Source: Prasinococcaceae sp. CCMP 1430 (Eukaryota > Plantae > Prasinodermophyta). Taken from it: a DNA stretch of 64,000 bases. The notes under the pieces are model-generated. The model saw nothing but the letters and a program-made list of their open reading frames with translations, made no database searches and was not told the origin of the DNA. Positions 32,936 through 43,508 of this stretch are shown here, in pieces. The first letter of the stretch is position 1. Every line of letters begins with the position of its first letter. The translations under genes were made by a program, and so were the position numbers. Location: positions 1 through 64,000 of the forward strand of contig RQSC01000314.1 of assembly GCA_013416795.1 (NCBI GenBank), given 5' to 3'.

Positions 32936-35077
32936 TCACCTGCGCTTCTTCTTGCCCGCACCGCGGCTCCCGCCGCCACCGAACACGCTCTGCTCCATCG
33001 CGGACCGCTGGCGCCCGCCGGTGTTGGCGGTGCTTTTCTTCGCTGCGGCTTCGCGTTCGAGCTCATCCAGCGCCCTGATGTCATCGTCGTCCGAATCGAC
33101 CTCCCGCTTCTTCTTGTTCTTCTTGGACTTGGAGCCAATCTTTTTGTCGTCCTTCATTGACTTCCAGTCCCGAGCCATGGCCTCCTCGTCTCGAACGTTG
33201 TGGTCATCGTCGAAGCTGCCGCCGATGACCCCGGCGCGTGAGGCGTCCTGCCTGCGCCTCTTTCGCTCCTTCTTGGCCTTGTTGTCCTCGCGCCGCGTGC
33301 GCTCCTCCTGCTGCTGCTTGCGCCGCGTCTCGCGCTGCGCCTCGCGCTGCGCCTCGCGCTCAAGCTCGGCGGCCGCTCGCTCCGCCATGGCCTTCCGGCG
33401 CTGCTTCTCGCGCGCTTTGTCCTTGAATTGCACCTTGTCTGGGTCGACCTCCGAGGCCGTGAATCCCTCGAGCAGCGTCGACTTCGCCTTCTGCAGCTCG
33501 GGCATGCGCGGCATGCGCAGCAGCGCAAACATCATGGCCAGCTGCCCCCACGGTAGCTGGTTCATACGGAAGATGAAGCGGCACTGGTGCTCGCGGTATC
33601 CCCGCGCGAACGACACGAACGCCTTGGTGGCCTTCTCCAGCAGGTCGCGGTCTGCCGCCATGGCTGCGCGGGCAGACTGCAACAGCTCGTCCGACTCGGA
33701 GGCCATCCCCTCGCTGACGCTGACCTCCGCCTCCTCGACGCCCTCGCCATCATCCTCGCCGCTGCTCACTCGACCGGCCGCGTCCTCCCCTCCCGCCTCG
33801 AGCGGCACCTGCACGACGGGAACCTTTCTAATGTGCAGAAACTCGACGTACGAGTCCTCGTGCGGCATGAGCAGCGCGAGGCTCGCGCCGCGCTTGCCCA
33901 TGCGCGCGGCGCGCCCTACGCGATGCACGAAGGCGTTTGGATCCTGTGGAGCGTCAAATTGCACCACCCAGTCAACGTCGGGGATGTCGAGGCCACGCGC
34001 GGCCACATCGGTACACAGCAGTGCCGCAGAGCTCTGCCCCGCGAACGCTGCCAGCGCTGCGTCGCGCTGGCGCTGCGGCTGGCGGCCGTGCAGCGCGTGG
34101 AGCGGCGGTAGCGCGCGCGCGCCATCCAGACCGAGCACCGGCAGCAGTGCCGCGAAGTAGTCCACGCAGGCACATGTGAGGAAGTACACGATGAGCTTCT
34201 CCTCCCGGTGCTCCGCCAGGAAGCGGCAGAGCGCCGTCAGTTTGTGCCGCGCGGGCGCAAGCGCGTACTTGAGCTCAAGCGTCTCGGGGGTGCGCTGCTG
34301 GGAGGAGCCGCCACCGGCCGCGCCGCCGGCGGGTCGCGCGGCCTGCACGGCGACGCGCACGGGGTTGCGCATGCCCGCACGCGCCAGCTCGGCCACTGCC
34401 TCGGTCTGCGTCGCGGAGAAGAGCCCCGTGCGCCGCTGCTTGGGCAGATACTTCATGATGGCCTGCAGCTGGCGCTCGAAGCCCATCTCCAGGCAGCGGT
34501 CGGCCTCGTCCAACACTAGCAGCTCAAATGAGCGGAAATTGAGGGACGGCAGGCGCAGGAAGATGTCTGCCAGGCGCCCTGGCGTGCCGATGAGCACGTT
34601 GGCGCCGCTGTGCGCCGCCCGCGCGCGCTCGCCCTCGGCGTCGCCGCCGACCGCGCCGCCGCCAGCCGCCGCCTTCAGGGCGCGCACGTCGGCGAGCACG
34701 TCGGTGCCGCCCACGAGTAGCGCGGAGCGCAACGGCGCTTTGGGCAGCGCGGCAGCCTCCAGCAGTGGCTGCGCCACGCGTGCAATCTGCGTCGCCAGCT
34801 CGCGCGTCGGCGACACCACAAGCGCACCCACCTCCAAGGGGCGCAGCGGTGTCTCCAGGCGCGTCAGCATCTCCACCATTGGCACCACGAAGGCAAGCGT
34901 CTTGCCGGAGCCGGTCGTCGCGTCGACGGCGACGTCCTTATGACCGAGCAGCAGCGGGATGGTGGCTGCCTGCACGGGCGTCGCCTGCACGAAGCCTTCG
35001 ACCGAGAGCGCCTCAACGAGCCTCGCCGACGGCCCCGGCGACAGCGCCGCGAACGACGGGCGTGCGCCGCCCGCCAT
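32936..35077 (-). CDS. DDX55: DEAD-box RNA helicase DDX55/Spb4 (60S biogenesis)
   Basis: TPVQAATIP, TTGSGKTLAF, SPTRELA, GTPGRL, LDEADR, RRTGLFSAT, CTDVAARGLDIPDVDWVVQFDAP, FVHRVGRAARMG, AFVSFARGYREHQCRFIF; basic tail. Confidence 0.95.
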   Translation of the reverse strand: MAGGARPSFAALSPGPSARLVEALSVEGFVQATPVQAATIPLLLGHKDVAVDATTGSGKTLAFVVPMVEMLTRLETPLRPLEVGALVVSPTRELATQIARVAQPLLEAAALPKAPLRSALLVGGTDVLADVRALKAAAGGGAVGGDAEGERARAAHSGANVLIGTPGRLADIFLRLPSLNFRSFELLVLDEADRCLEMGFERQLQAIMKYLPKQRRTGLFSATQTEAVAELARAGMRNPVRVAVQAARPAGGAAGGGSSQQRTPETLELKYALAPARHKLTALCRFLAEHREEKLIVYFLTCACVDYFAALLPVLGLDGARALPPLHALHGRQPQRQRDAALAAFAGQSSAALLCTDVAARGLDIPDVDWVVQFDAPQDPNAFVHRVGRAARMGKRGASLALLMPHEDSYVEFLHIRKVPVVQVPLEAGGEDAAGRVSSGEDDGEGVEEAEVSVSEGMASESDELLQSARAAMAADRDLLEKATKAFVSFARGYREHQCRFIFRMNQLPWGQLAMMFALLRMPRMPELQKAKSTLLEGFTASEVDPDKVQFKDKAREKQRRKAMAERAAAELEREAQREAQRETRRKQQQEERTRREDNKAKKERKRRRQDASRAGVIGGSFDDDHNVRDEEAMARDWKSMKDDKKIGSKSKKNKKKREVDSDDDDIRALDELEREAAAKKSTANTGGRQRSAMEQSVFGGGGSRGAGKKKRR

Positions 35078-35783
35078 CGCTTCGACGGGGAGCGGGGTCA
35101 GCGCGCCCCCCTCCCCCGCGCGCGCTCGCGCGCTGCCTTTACGCGGCCTCCGCGGCGCGCACGAACTCCCTCAGCCCCGCAACGCCGCGGGGGGCGACGC
35201 CGCGCGCGCGCGCTGTGGCGGCGGCTGCGGCCGCCGGCGCATCGACCTCGGACGCCCATCCGCAAATCAAATGTAGATTCATTGTGATATGATATTTACT
35301 CTCCCGTGGCTTGTCATTACGCACGCTTTTTGACGTGCGAAGGGCGGCGGAGCCGCGGAGCTGCGGTTGGCCGGTTCCCCCTCGACGGCCGCGCGCAGTG
35401 CGGCGCGGGCGGGCGAGGCTAGGCCATGCGCTGGAGGTGCGCCACGCACGCGCGAGCCATCTATGCGGCGCGGGCGGGCGAGGCGCGCGCCGCCGGCGCC
35501 ACTCAGGGCGCGGAGCGGGGGGGGCTGCCGGCCGCGCGTGCCCTCCTCCTCTCCCTGTGCTGGAAGAGAGGGGCGGCGAGGGGTGAGGGAAAGGGTAGGG
35601 TCCGCTGCGGCTGAGGTGCCCGCGCGGGATTGCTGCCCTGGGCGTGGGAACCACCCGTTGGCGTTGGGGACGGCGGAGCTGTTGTGAGATAGTGGAGGGG
35701 GCTGACCTCGCCCCGGGCTCTTGCCGCTGAGCCATAGTGCTCGCACAACGCGGCCTGGCCTCGTTGGCGTGCCGCGTTGGGCG

Positions 35784-36179
35784 ATGAGCGCCTGGGATGA
35801 GCATGGGATGGCTTCATCGCCCGAGCGCACCGCCGGTGAGGCGGTGCTGCTTTCGGGTGTGCCATTCGCTCAGGGCGCTCTCACCATGGTCTTCGCCGTG
35901 CCCGTGCTGCTGCTCGTGCTTGTCTCGGTGGCCGTGTGTGGCGCGCTCCTGCTACGTGCATGCGGTATCAACTTCGCATCGTCGCACGGCGGCCTAACGC
36001 CAGCGTTTGGCGGCGTTGCGCTGCTTGTGACGGCGTCGCTGATCGCGCAGCTGGTCGGCGGCTGGGTGTGGGAGCAGGAGGACACGAGTGCGGCGCTCAG
36101 CCGAGCAAAGGAGCGATGGGAACAATACCCGCGCTCAGCGCTCGGCTCGGGCGGCGGCACGCGCCGCGCCATGCTTTAG
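35784..36179 (+). CDS. small hypothetical membrane protein (2 predicted TM)
   Basis: Hydrophobic stretches MVFAVPVLLLVLVSVAVCGALLL and FGGVALLVTASLIAQLVGGW; no family recognised. Confidence 0.45.
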   Translation: MSAWDEHGMASSPERTAGEAVLLSGVPFAQGALTMVFAVPVLLLVLVSVAVCGALLLRACGINFASSHGGLTPAFGGVALLVTASLIAQLVGGWVWEQEDTSAALSRAKERWEQYPRSALGSGGGTRRAML

Positions 36180-36351
36180 CTTCCCTGTAACATCGTGTAC
36201 AGTAGTCTACTGTATGAAGAACAGAAATGAGTTCGTAGCTGTCCCGTCCGCATCGCGTGCACCTTGCTCGCCTGACTCGTGAGCAAAAGGGTGGATTATC
36301 TTTTGGATTACAATGTACAGATTGCGCACCCGTCGCGTCGGCACGGCACGG

Positions 36352-39300
36352 CTACAACGCCATCGCGCTCGCCTGTTTGTTGAGGTCGAAGCCATGCGCG
36401 ATCTGCACGTGCACGTTGACACATGCCAGGCATGCGGCGGCGTGCGAGAGGAGCGCGCCTGCACCCGCGACCGCCTCTGCGGCACCCCGCGCGGCGGAGG
36501 GATCGCCTCCCTCCGCGGCCATAGCAATTGCCTCGGCGCGCGCACGATGCTCGGCCGCTCTTAGTGCGTCTCTTGTTCCCTCGCCCATCGAGTGAAGCAT
36601 CGCGATCACCTTCTGCCCGTTGTGCACCAACGCCCAAAGCGCCGAAGCGGCGTGCGCGCGCGCCGCGGCGGTGTACGCCCCTCCGGTGCGGTCCCCAGCA
36701 ACCTGGATGAGCACGCGCAAGGGGCCACCGCCACTGCTGACGAAGTGTGCCTTGGCCTCGGATACGAACGCGCAGTTTCGCAGGAGGGCAACGGCGGCAG
36801 CGGCAGCACGCCGCGATGCCGCGCCTTTACCGCCCTCAGCGGGCGCCCGCGCGGCCACACACGCCAGCTGCACGAGACCGCAGAGCTTGGGCCCGCGCAG
36901 CACTGCGCTCGCGCCGTCGGCGTGCGCAGCGATTGCCGCCAACGTGAGCAGTGCCTGTTCTGCGAGACGGACCGCCGAGGCTGTGCCGACGACGACGCCT
37001 CCCTGCCTTTTCTTCCCCGAGGACTTCACAGACGCAGGCTTGCGCGTCGCCAGCGCCACGTCTGTCGACGACGGGTATGCTTCGCCAATGATGCGGCCGC
37101 ACGCGGCCAGCACGACGCTCTTCGGAGACCCGAGCACAGCCCTCGTCTCCGATCCGGCTGCGGCGCAGTGGGCGGCTCGCAACGAGGCTTTGATGAGAGC
37201 TGCCGGCGACTTGACGTCTGCGGCCGGGCCCACAGCCAGGCCCAGCGCACCGTTGTTATTGCCGGCCGCTAGCGCCCGCCGCGCGCCGCTGCCGCCGCTC
37301 GCAGCCACGTTCGCAACGAGCGCGATGAGCTCGAGTCGGAGGGCACCCCCGTCAGAAGTGCCCGATGCACAAGCTGCGGCGGAGCGCGCCACAGGCCACA
37401 GGGAGACAACGACCCTGGCGGCCCCTGCCGCAGCGGCGGCATCGGCGCCCCGCCTCGAGCCGAGCGCGAGGTGGCGCAGCAGGGACGTTGCACGCGTCGC
37501 ACCAGCGAGCAGCTGGGCCCTGCGGTTCGCGCCAGCACCTACGCCGCCGCTGAGCGTCCAGGCCTCCCGCGCGGCCAGTGCCTGCGCCGCCAGCGCCGTG
37601 TGCAGACCGGCATCAATTGTGGCTCCCTTGGCCGCACCCGAGTGCGCGATCAGGCTGCGCAGACAACTCAGCGCCGCCGCGCCCGTCGGCGACTCCTCGC
37701 CAGCACTGTTGACGATCGTGAGCAGGTCCATCGCCAGCTGTGCACCGTGCCTGTCCCCCTTCCCGAGGGCAGCTGCAGCCTCCGCCGGCGTCGCGAGCAG
37801 TGCTGCGGCGCCGCGGCAGACAGATGCGACAATTTCGGCGTTCGAAGTCACCGAGGGTGCCTTGAGGAGACGTGACACGCCAGCCAGGGCAGCCGACGCA
37901 AGCTGGCGCCCATCGGGGCCCTGCCACCACGGGGCGCTCTTGTCCCCTGTGAGCATGGCCAAGGCAGAAGAGGCGCTGGCCGCCGCCGCCGCGCGCTCCG
38001 CCTCTGCAGCCGGATCCTGCGCCAGGCCGCCTGCGGCGGCGAGCGCAGCGAGCACGCCAGCAGCGACGAGCGCCCCGCCGCATGCACGCAGTACCTGTCG
38101 GTGGGACTCGCTGCGGGCGGCCGCGATGCACATGAGCTCGCAGACCGCCGAGATTGCGCCGCACGCGTCCGCTGCGTGCGGGCCAGGGAACGCCACGTGC
38201 GCGAGGAGAGCTCCGGCATCCTCGTCGCCTTCTTCTGCGGCACTCGGCACACTCAAGGCCCGGAGGAGCACGGGCCACGTCTGATCCGCAGCAGGCAGTG
38301 GGCCACATGCAGCCTCGTCCAAGGTGTCAGTGGCGAGGACCGCGCGTGCGAGGGCCTCGCATGCGCCCCGGAGCACGCAGGGGGCCTGCGCACTGCGCTC
38401 GTTGGTGGCTGCCGCGGCGACCTCCCACAGCTGCAAACTGCGGGCGAGGCCAGCGGCGAGGTCGTGCGGCCGCCGCCCAGGCAGCTCCTCGGGGTCCTCG
38501 ACGCCAGCGGCAGCTCTTTGCTCGAGCATCGCCGTGACGCACCGCAACGCCGCGCCCCTGACGGCGGCGCACTCGCGCACGTCGAGCGACGCCAGCAAGG
38601 CGCACTGACCCGCCTCGAGCCAGGATCGCTCGACGAGCGCCCTGGACGCGTCGCAGCTTGCAAGGGCTGCCAACAGCGCGTGCGAGGTGCAGCGCGCGGG
38701 CGCCCACGGATCGCGACACGCGCGACTCAGCCAGTACGTGCCACCCGAAGCTGCAATGGACTGCGCCCACACGTCCTTCGAGCACGTTGATGCTATCGTC
38801 AGAAGGGCGTCGAGAGAGCTGTGCACGGCGCCTCGTCCGCGCAGGCCCACAGGTCTCTCGCGACGCTCCACAGCGACGCAGGTCACAAGGCTCGCAGAAC
38901 TTTTGGCAACAACATCCATGGCGTCGATAGACCCGGCGGCAGCTGCCACCGGCGCGAGGGCACAAATGAAGCGAATGGCGAGCACTCGCAGGCCGTAGCG
39001 CGCAGCGTCTTGCTTCGTGCGCCACTCAGTCGAGTCACGCCATGGAATGATAGAGTCCACCAGCATCTCGAGCAGGGAACGAGATTCGGGGTTGTCCGAG
39101 GTGCACACCGTTGCAGCCAGCGCGCTTGCCTCGCGCGAGGTGCCCCTCGCAGCAACCACGCCAGAAAGAGCCGCCAGCACGCGCATGCACTGCTGCGTCA
39201 CAACCACCAAAGAGCTCGGCACGCCGGTCGCGGCATCCAGGCTCGCGCTGTCCTGCTTCACCAGGGCATGGCAACATGCGTCCACTATCGGACAGAACGC

Positions 39301-42300
39301 GGCCCGCACAGCCGACGTAAGCATTGCCACAAAGCCGGTCGGGATATCGCCAGGAGGGGCCGCAACAAGGAGCTGCTCGGCGAGCGCGAGGACCTCAATC
39401 AGCAGCGCGCGGTCCGCTGATGTCGCGGGCACGACCGAGAGAAAGCGTGCCAGCGCCTCGCCCGCACCCGCAGCCAGCCAGCCCGAGGCCCCTTCGCACG
39501 ATGAGCAGGTGTCGCGCGCAATTGCGATCTGTGCCATCGCCTCCGAGTGGCCAGCGGCGCGCCCGAGGGCCTCCTTGAAGGCCCTCGGAGCAACGTCGAC
39601 ATGGAGCGCGCTGATGATGGACACGTCGAGCGAGGACATACTGCCCACGGCGCCGTCAACCGCGGTATCGCGCGCGCTCTGCAGCGATTCGAGCGCCTCG
39701 CGCGCGCTGCCCGAGAAGAGCACGAGCGACGCCACCAGCTCACGTGCGGCATCGAAGTCCGCAGATCCTGAAGTGGCGCCGGCGTCGCCTGTCACCTTCA
39801 CTTCACATGGGAGTTTGTAGGCGTCAGCAAATGGTCCAGGGAGTGCGATCATATGAGCAGGCACGCCGTCCGGCACCAGCGAATCGGCGCCTGCGAGGCC
39901 GAGGGCACGCGGATCGAAGACGATGTAGGCGATCGCCGCCGCCGCCGCCCGACGCACAGCCATAGATGCGTGGAACACGAGGGGCACGAGCTGCAGGAGC
40001 CGGCCGTCGTGTGCCAACCACTGACGCGCGACGCTAGAGGCACCCACGGCCGACGCGAGCAGTCCCGCAGCCGAGGCCCGAGCTGCGCCGCCCCAGCTCT
40101 CGCCCGAGCTGCACTCTCGCAGCAAGGGTTCAAGCAGTGTGTCATCGGACAGAATGGGCTCGAGACGGGGGTCGTGCGAGAGAGCGATGAGCTGCTCCGC
40201 TGCGGCCGCCCTGACATTGCCTCCGATGTTGAGGTTGCCGGCGACGCGCGCCAAGTCAGGCGCGTTAGCGCAGCTCCCGCTCGCACGGGAGCGGTACACC
40301 GTGCCAGGCATACCGTACGGGCGATCGGGTTCGTAGCCAGCAGCGAGCGCCGCGCCCAGCGGATCCGCAACGACGTCGCTCAGGTTGGCAGCCTCCGCGA
40401 GCGTCACAGCGCGCGCCGCAGCACCGCGCCACTCCACCTCAGCATCTGCGGCGGCGTCCTTGGCGCTCGCGCCCCCCTGGGCCACGTCGATGACGGTAGC
40501 GGCGGCTCGCGCACGGCACGCCGAATCCACGCTGAAAAGCGCGCGCAGGGCAGGCGCAAGCTGGGCAAGGTCGTTCCTGGCGGCGCTGGACCCGTAAAAG
40601 GGTGCATCCATGGCGGCTCCCTCGATGAGCGCGGAAAGCGAGCCCATCGCACTGCCGGCCGCGGAGGCCGCGGCAGATCCAGCGCGCGCCGCACACGCGA
40701 TCCACGGCGCACGGTCTACAATGCCGGCCCTACCCTCGGCAGTGCCCTGCGCAGCAGCGAGCAGGCACCGCGCGGCGTTCGCAGCGACATCCTCGACCTC
40801 GCAGTGCAACGCACTGCACGCTAGCGCGTCTAGTAGCTGCGGGGAGGGCAGCATGAGGACCGCGGAAGCGATAGGCCTCTCCCCGCCCGTTGCTGCACTC
40901 GCGGCCACCTCCGCCTCGACCTTGGCCGCGAGGACACCGAGAGCAGCCGCGCGCACCTCGTTTGATTTGTGAGACACGAGGCTCGCTGTCGCGCCGGCAG
41001 CCTCGAGAGCCGCACCCGAGCCCAGCGCGGCAGCCTGAATCAGCAGGGCCTGGGTCCTAAGTGCCGCCTCGGCCGGTTTCGGCGCTGCTCCGAGCGTCGG
41101 AACGGCCCGGGCGATGGCCTCGAGTGCGGCAGGCACGTCGACCTTCGCATCACTGCCGATGTCTGCCACCTCGCCCAGGTGTGCGGCGGCGTCCTCGAGG
41201 CTCTCAAGCGCCGCGGCAGCCTCAGATGCCAGGGCGAAAGCCGCCGCGGCAGCTGGGTCTGCAGCAGCAGCGTACGGCCTGAGTCTCGCAGCCAGCTTCG
41301 GCCGGCTCATCTGCATGGCGCCGGTGAAGGACGCGCGGGCGATGCGCCCCGCCAGCGGAGCCGGAACAGTGACGGCCGCAACCTCGGGCTCCAACAGCTC
41401 CAAGAACGCGGCAGCCACAGACAGGACGCGCGTCAGCGCCCTGGCGATGGCGTCAGTACCGCCAGCATCCACGTCTCTCTCGGCGACCTCGGCAGCGCTG
41501 GAGAGGGCCTCGAAGTACCCCTTGAAGCGCGCGCTGGCTTGCAGCACAAGCTTGCCTCGGGCATCACCCTTCGTGATGATGTCCTCATCTTTGACGCCAA
41601 GGAGCGGCACAGCAACTGCGAGTAGCGGGAGCAGCTCCTGGTTGCGAGTTGCCGTGTGAAGCGCGCCGAGCGCGTGATGCGCGACGATGTGCGCCGCTTC
41701 AGAGACGTCCACCCACTCGCCGTCGGACCCAACCATTCCCAGCGGAGGCGTAGGGTACGAGCGCGGGAAGTCAACCGTACCCGGTGTGTGCCGCGACTCA
41801 CCTGCCTCGGTGCTGGGTGCTGGCGCAGCAGGGAGCGACACGTCGAAAGATCCGTCCTGGGCCAGCGCGAGAGCGCGGGCTGCCGACCTCAGCACGGCGG
41901 CCAGCGCGGTGGCGGCCAGCGCTGGCAAGCCCGAGCCTGAGGTCGCATGCAGGCACGCCGACACGTTGCGCACCAGCGCTTTGCGGGCCAACACGGCCCC
42001 CGCCATGCAGTCCACAGAAGCGCGATCCTTGAGCTCCGTGAGCACACGAAGCGCCACGTCCGCATCTGCGGCGTGCTCAAGGCGCAAGTTGATTTCGAAC
42101 AACGCCTGTGCGTCCTCGGGAGCCACGGGAGGTGCGCGCAGGCACAGACCCCAAGGAACGCCCCCGTCGCCTGTGCCGCTGACGCCAGCGCGCGCTTCGG
42201 CCGCTGCGGCGCGGCCGCGGGCGTACTCGGCTCGCTCGGCCTCGCCGAACAGACCTGCCGCCGCGAGCGCTGCGCCGTCGCCGGGGTGCGGCAGCGGGGA

Positions 42301-42822
42301 CACATTGGCGGTGCCGGCCGCCTCCACCTGCGCGTCATCGCCCCCAGCCACCTCGCCATCGTCCGGCGCGACGCTGGGGGGCGTTGCCGAGTCGGGCGCG
42401 GCGCCGCCGCGCAGGTCGTCCGCCAGGGGCACTTCGCTCGCTGGCGGCGACCCGCACACGGGCGCGCGCATCATTGCCTCCTGCAGCGCGTCGAGCTCCA
42501 TGGGGAGCGCAGGGACCTCGTCTCTGAGGTCTTCCCACACCGCCGCGAAGAACTCCACCGCGCCAAGCTCGGCCAGCCTGGCCTTGCACGCCTCGTCCGC
42601 TGCGAGCGACGTGAGCAGCTGTGCGACGTCGCAGTGGCGCGTGCAGTCGGCGAAGTTGTACCACTCCATGAGCGCCTCGAGGAAGCCCGTGCACGCGACG
42701 GCGTCGGCCGGAGTGGCGAGCCCGCTGTCGAGCTTGAACGCCGCGCTGTCCAGCGCGCGGCAGCGCACCTCCCGCAGGCGGTGCCCGAGCTTCTGCGCGA
42801 GCGCCGCCGGCAGCGCGCCCGT
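36352..42822 (-). CDS. RTTN: rotatin (RTTN/Ana3)-like large ARM-repeat centriole protein; main exon
   Basis: N-terminal KLGHRLREVRCRALDSAAFKL...LEALMEWYNF matches the RTTN N-terminal signature. About 2150 codons of helical repeats. C-terminal AASALWALVHNGQK. Confidence 0.8.
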   Translation of the reverse strand, partial: TGALPAALAQKLGHRLREVRCRALDSAAFKLDSGLATPADAVACTGFLEALMEWYNFADCTRHCDVAQLLTSLAADEACKARLAELGAVEFFAAVWEDLRDEVPALPMELDALQEAMMRAPVCGSPPASEVPLADDLRGGAAPDSATPPSVAPDDGEVAGGDDAQVEAAGTANVSPLPHPGDGAALAAAGLFGEAERAEYARGRAAAAEARAGVSGTGDGGVPWGLCLRAPPVAPEDAQALFEINLRLEHAADADVALRVLTELKDRASVDCMAGAVLARKALVRNVSACLHATSGSGLPALAATALAAVLRSAARALALAQDGSFDVSLPAAPAPSTEAGESRHTPGTVDFPRSYPTPPLGMVGSDGEWVDVSEAAHIVAHHALGALHTATRNQELLPLLAVAVPLLGVKDEDIITKGDARGKLVLQASARFKGYFEALSSAAEVAERDVDAGGTDAIARALTRVLSVAAAFLELLEPEVAAVTVPAPLAGRIARASFTGAMQMSRPKLAARLRPYAAAADPAAAAAFALASEAAAALESLEDAAAHLGEVADIGSDAKVDVPAALEAIARAVPTLGAAPKPAEAALRTQALLIQAAALGSGAALEAAGATASLVSHKSNEVRAAALGVLAAKVEAEVAASAATGGERPIASAVLMLPSPQLLDALACSALHCEVEDVAANAARCLLAAAQGTAEGRAGIVDRAPWIACAARAGSAAASAAGSAMGSLSALIEGAAMDAPFYGSSAARNDLAQLAPALRALFSVDSACRARAAATVIDVAQGGASAKDAAADAEVEWRGAAARAVTLAEAANLSDVVADPLGAALAAGYEPDRPYGMPGTVYRSRASGSCANAPDLARVAGNLNIGGNVRAAAAEQLIALSHDPRLEPILSDDTLLEPLLRECSSGESWGGAARASAAGLLASAVGASSVARQWLAHDGRLLQLVPLVFHASMAVRRAAAAAIAYIVFDPRALGLAGADSLVPDGVPAHMIALPGPFADAYKLPCEVKVTGDAGATSGSADFDAARELVASLVLFSGSAREALESLQSARDTAVDGAVGSMSSLDVSIISALHVDVAPRAFKEALGRAAGHSEAMAQIAIARDTCSSCEGASGWLAAGAGEALARFLSVVPATSADRALLIEVLALAEQLLVAAPPGDIPTGFVAMLTSAVRAAFCPIVDACCHALVKQDSASLDAATGVPSSLVVVTQQCMRVLAALSGVVAARGTSREASALAATVCTSDNPESRSLLEMLVDSIIPWRDSTEWRTKQDAARYGLRVLAIRFICALAPVAAAAGSIDAMDVVAKSSASLVTCVAVERRERPVGLRGRGAVHSSLDALLTIASTCSKDVWAQSIAASGGTYWLSRACRDPWAPARCTSHALLAALASCDASRALVERSWLEAGQCALLASLDVRECAAVRGAALRCVTAMLEQRAAAGVEDPEELPGRRPHDLAAGLARSLQLWEVAAAATNERSAQAPCVLRGACEALARAVLATDTLDEAACGPLPAADQTWPVLLRALSVPSAAEEGDEDAGALLAHVAFPGPHAADACGAISAVCELMCIAAARSESHRQVLRACGGALVAAGVLAALAAAGGLAQDPAAEAERAAAAASASSALAMLTGDKSAPWWQGPDGRQLASAALAGVSRLLKAPSVTSNAEIVASVCRGAAALLATPAEAAAALGKGDRHGAQLAMDLLTIVNSAGEESPTGAAALSCLRSLIAHSGAAKGATIDAGLHTALAAQALAAREAWTLSGGVGAGANRRAQLLAGATRATSLLRHLALGSRRGADAAAAAGAARVVVSLWPVARSAAACASGTSDGGALRLELIALVANVAASGGSGARRALAAGNNNGALGLAVGPAADVKSPAALIKASLRAAHCAAAGSETRAVLGSPKSVVLAACGRIIGEAYPSSTDVALATRKPASVKSSGKKRQGGVVVGTASAVRLAEQALLTLAAIAAHADGASAVLRGPKLCGLVQLACVAARAPAEGGKGAASRRAAAAAVALLRNCAFVSEAKAHFVSSGGGPLRVLIQVAGDRTGGAYTAAARAHAASALWALVHNGQKVIAMLHSMGEGTRDALRAAEHRARAEAIAMAAEGGDPSAARGAAEAVAGAGALLSHAAACLACVNVHVQIAHGFDLNKQASAMAL

Positions 42823-42823
42823 C

Positions 42824-43293
42824 TAGTCGAATACTTGCATATTTGCCTTCTTTAGCAACTACTTGCGCTGATGTTCCTGCAGCTCGTACTAATTTAGCTC
42901 CTTGTGTCGGCGCTAATTCAATATTATGAATTTCTGAACCTACTGGAATTGCTGTTAAAGGTAATGCGTTTCCTGTTTTTAAAGGTGCTATCGGACTTGA
43001 TTCAATTACTTGACCTAATTCTAACCCTTGTGGAGCTAAAATATAGTGTTGTTGTTCGCTGGTTTCAATTTTTGCAAGAAATGCGTTACGGTTTGGATCA
43101 TATTCTAATCCCATAACTTTTCCTGGATTATTTTGAGCGAAACGTTTCCATAAAACAAAACGGTAACGTCGTTTATGCCCACCACCGCGATGTCGAGCTG
43201 TAATTCGTCCTTGGTTATTGCGACCTTTTGAACGTTGGAAGCCCTTAATATTAGCACTTTTTTTAGTTTGTGCTGTATTTGGGAATCTAACTA
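42824..43293 (-). pseudogene. rpl2: organelle-derived (probably plastid) rpl2 fragment (NUPT/NUMT-like), no internal stops, lacking the C-terminal part
   Basis: Abrupt AT-rich island with A/T-ending codons encoding GRNNQGRITARHRGGGHKRRYR..LEYDPNRNA..GNALPL..IHNIEL..GAKLVRAAGTSAQVVAKEGKYASIRL. Confidence 0.92.
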
Positions 43294-43508
43294 CCCCCCC
43301 CCCACACACCGCACGCACGCGCGCGCGCGCGCGTGCGCGCCCCGCCATCAAACGCCATTGAAAAAAAATTCAAACGCGACGGGCGCGCGCGCAAAAAAAA
43401 AAAAGAAATGCGCCCCAAAAAGAAAAAAAAGAAAAAAGTGCGCGGGCGCGGTGCCGCATGTGTGAGAGACTTCCGCCGCGGCGATGGCGGAGGCGAAACC
43501 CCGTCGAA

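Noticed and set aside
42904-43116. 70-aa plus-strand hydrophobic ORF in the AT-rich island
   Set aside because: It is the antisense frame of the rpl2 fragment.
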